Shown here piece by piece: positions 61,502 through 64,000 of a stretch of DNA of 64,000 nt. This DNA comes from Anthoceros angustus. Its lineage: Eukaryota; Plantae; Anthocerotophyta. The DNA lies in the NCBI GenBank assembly GCA_010909165.1, contig VJWM01000019.1, positions 1,635,776-1,699,775 on the forward strand. Direction: 5' to 3'. The notes beneath the pieces were generated by a model that made no database searches, had not been told where the DNA came from, and saw only the letters and a list, made by a program, of their open reading frames with translations. The position numbers were made by a program, and so were the translations under genes. Every line of letters starts with the position of its first letter. The first letter of the stretch is position 1.

Positions 61502-61639
61502 AGAAGGAGAGATTGATGAAACATCTTCCTGCATAGCTAACTTCATTGCATCTATTCTAATTTCTAAACCAGATCAAGGGAAGTTGATTAAGCTAGCTAT
61601 ACGTGATTTGCTAGAAGTTCTTAGCCCAATTCATGTCAA

Positions 61640-63615
61640 AGCATTAGAGGGTACTTCGATAGTGGAGCCACTTCACACATCTGTCATAATAAACAATCAT
61701 ATGAGTCCTATTCCCCAGCTATAGGACACCAGACTGTCTTACTGGGCGATGACCATAACCTCCCCATTTTAGGTGTAGGTTCAGTTAAACTCAGATGTTC
61801 TTCAGGTCACACTCTCCTTCTTTCCAACGTCGTTCATGTACCATCCATGTGTAAAAATTTTGTGTCAGCTGCTAGTTTATGTATAGAACATAATATGCAG
61901 GTTATTTTAGATGCAGATAATTGTATCCTTACTTACTCTCCTAGTGAGTCCCTCAACATATGCACAGGCACTATAGAGGACGGGTTATATAAACTCTCAG
62001 TCCAAGTGGGATCCTCATATGATAAAATTAATGTACCTTCCCAGAACTCTGTCACCTCCAATACAACTGTACTTTGGCATTGTAGATTACGACATCCTAA
62101 CAGCCAAAAGCTTGTACAAATGTCAAAGGGAAACCTTTATAGAAACCCTTCCCTTACTAAGATAGAACCATTATCATGGTGTGAAGCTTGTGTCCTCACT
62201 AAAAGACATCAAGCACCTTTCCAAAATAACTCTCCCCAGCAGGCTAAGGCACCCCTAAAGTTAGTTCACACCGACATTTGTGGCCCAATTTCTGCACCAT
62301 CCTTCAGCGGTTGTAGATACTTCATTACTTTCATTGATGATTTCTCCCGCTTTACCACAACATACATCCTCAAGCACAAAAGTGAAGCTTTTAAGTACTT
62401 TAAGGATTACATGATGTGGGCAGAAAGACTTATAGAGAAGAAACTCAAGACCCTTCGTTCCGATAATGGAGGCAGTTTATATCAAATGCTTCTCGATTTT
62501 TGTCGAGCTCAAGGTATAGCTCAACAACTTATGGTATATACACCTCAAAATGGCGAGCAGAATAAGAACTCACGCCTTCAAGAGATGACAGGTTGCTTGC
62601 TCTCCCAAGCTAGTTTAATTAAACCATATTGGGCAGAAGCAATGATAACAGCAACATATCTCATTAATAGACTACCAACCTCAGCGGTTAAAGGTATGAT
62701 ACCTTATGAAGCATTCATTGGAAGAAAGCCTTCCATCGACCACCTTCGGGTTTTTGGTTGTACAGCGTATGTTTATATTCCTAAACCACAAAGCAAGAAG
62801 TTAGATGATAAGGCTGCCAAATATACTTTTATTGGCTATACAGAAGGTATCAAAGGATACAAATTATTTGATCGAGCTACTAAGAGACTCATTTACGCCC
62901 GCAGCGTTACTTTTCATGAGTCTCCCATATTATCTCCAATGAATTCAAGATCTCCTGTTTTTGTCCCAGACGACAATCATCTATCCTCATCCTTTGATGA
63001 TGATGAATTTATTAGCCTACATTACTCTCCTTCCTCTCCTTTGGTTGAACCTATATTGTAGGAGGAGGAGGAGCCACCTTCTCCACGACGACCCACTACT
63101 CCACATCCGGACATGGAAATTCCTCAACACCTTGACGATATTCATGATATCCGGATGATGACTTTTGAGTCGAATATCCGGATGATCACCGTTCCCCTAT
63201 AGTTGAACCACAAGCATATGAAGAAGAAGAAAACTCTTTAGAACAAGTCGTCAACGAAGATGCACAACCCGCACTAAGGTACAACCTAAGAACTGCACTG
63301 CCTCGGGCTCGGGATGAAAGGAACCACCCTTAGGATACCTTACCACTTTTGATGATCCCTCCTCACCTTCTCCCATTTTCATCAAGTTGTTTATAAAGCT
63401 ACAATTGATCCTCAAGAGCCGCTAACCTTGAAACAAGCTTTTCCTCTACGAGAAGGATTTATGGAAAGCCGCGGACTCGAGTATGATTCCCTAGTTAAGA
63501 ACTCTACATGGGAATTAGTCAAACCACCAGGGAGAAAAATAGTAGGGAGCAAATGGGTCTTCAAAATTAAACGTAAGCGATGGTTCCATTGAGAGATACA
63601 AGGCAAGACTAGTAG
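61640..63615 (+). mobile_element. Ty1/copia pol: protease, GAG-pre-integrase, integrase and start of RT, degenerate
   Basis: YFDSGATSHIC; LWHCRLRHP; CEACVLTK; LVHTDICGP, FIDDFSR, LRSDNGG, FGCTAYV, FIGYTEGIKGYK; NSTWELV, GSKWVFKIK, RYKARLVA; frameshifts; copia homology ends at ~63615. Confidence 0.95.
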
Positions 63616-64000
63616 CGGATACGGGTGCCTTAAGATATACTAGGTTGGCATATTGGGTTTGTGCCATAAGAAAACCTTAATCCAGCCTTGGCTAATGGCT
63701 TAGACTTGTAAATAACCTTGGGTTGTACAAAGATCCTTTGAGTTTCAAAGTTAGTGATCACATTTGTGGTACGGTCGGAGCTTGCGGAGAAGCCATGCCA
63801 TAATGACTATTTTACCAAAGGCTACATACTGCTAGATGTGGTGCATTCAAATGTATAGTGGAAGGCGTGGTAGGTAGTGAGGTTGCTAGAAGTGGTTTGT
63901 GTGACCTTGGAGGGTCCAAGAGGCGCTTGTGAAGCTAAGGCCAAGGAGCGAGGACCTTAGAGTTTGTGTTGAGAGGGCCGATAGCAATTACGTGGTTCAA

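Noticed and set aside
1-64000. Prokaryotic origin or bacterial contamination suggested by sufB, rsmI, fpg and the amino-MTase
   Set aside because: These genes have spliceosomal introns and/or transit peptides, and they are interspersed with HOP2 and copia sequences
63616-64000. 3' LTR of the copia element or a LINE fragment
   Set aside because: No match to the 56307-56574 LTR and no convincing protein motif; left unassigned

Overview
Eukaryotic nuclear DNA from a land plant. Short GT-AG introns (mostly 60-140 nt), ~50% GC and very compact gene spacing suggest a non-seed plant such as a lycophyte or hornwort; this is inference, not proven. Bases 1-31.3 kb are gene-dense. They hold the first exon of an unknown gene, RsmI methyltransferase, organellar ribosomal protein L1, plastid SufB, a conserved unknown protein, complex I subunit NDUFB4, Fpg/MutM glycosylase (with a mutually exclusive exon pair), a DedA/VTT membrane protein, HOP2, ferredoxin and a tandem pair of CCD-like carotenoid cleavage dioxygenases (one a pseudogene). 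The same region contains a circularly permuted copy of a local 4.9-kb interval and three small TIR elements with 6-bp TSDs whose swapped TSDs record an inversion. Bases 32-64 kb are nested mobile DNA. The centrepiece is a 14,741-bp DNA transposon (33227-47967) with perfect 32-bp TIRs and a 4-bp AGAC TSD. It carries a decayed Sola-like DDD transposase on the minus strand and, divergently, a decayed ParB-like + beta-class N4C/N6A DNA amino-methyltransferase gene on the plus strand. The window also contains a CRE-like LINE fragment, a host MITE, and a Ty1/copia element interrupted by an unclassified 4.6-kb insertion. No database searches were run; family assignments rest on motif recognition by eye, and many TE-internal coordinates are approximate.
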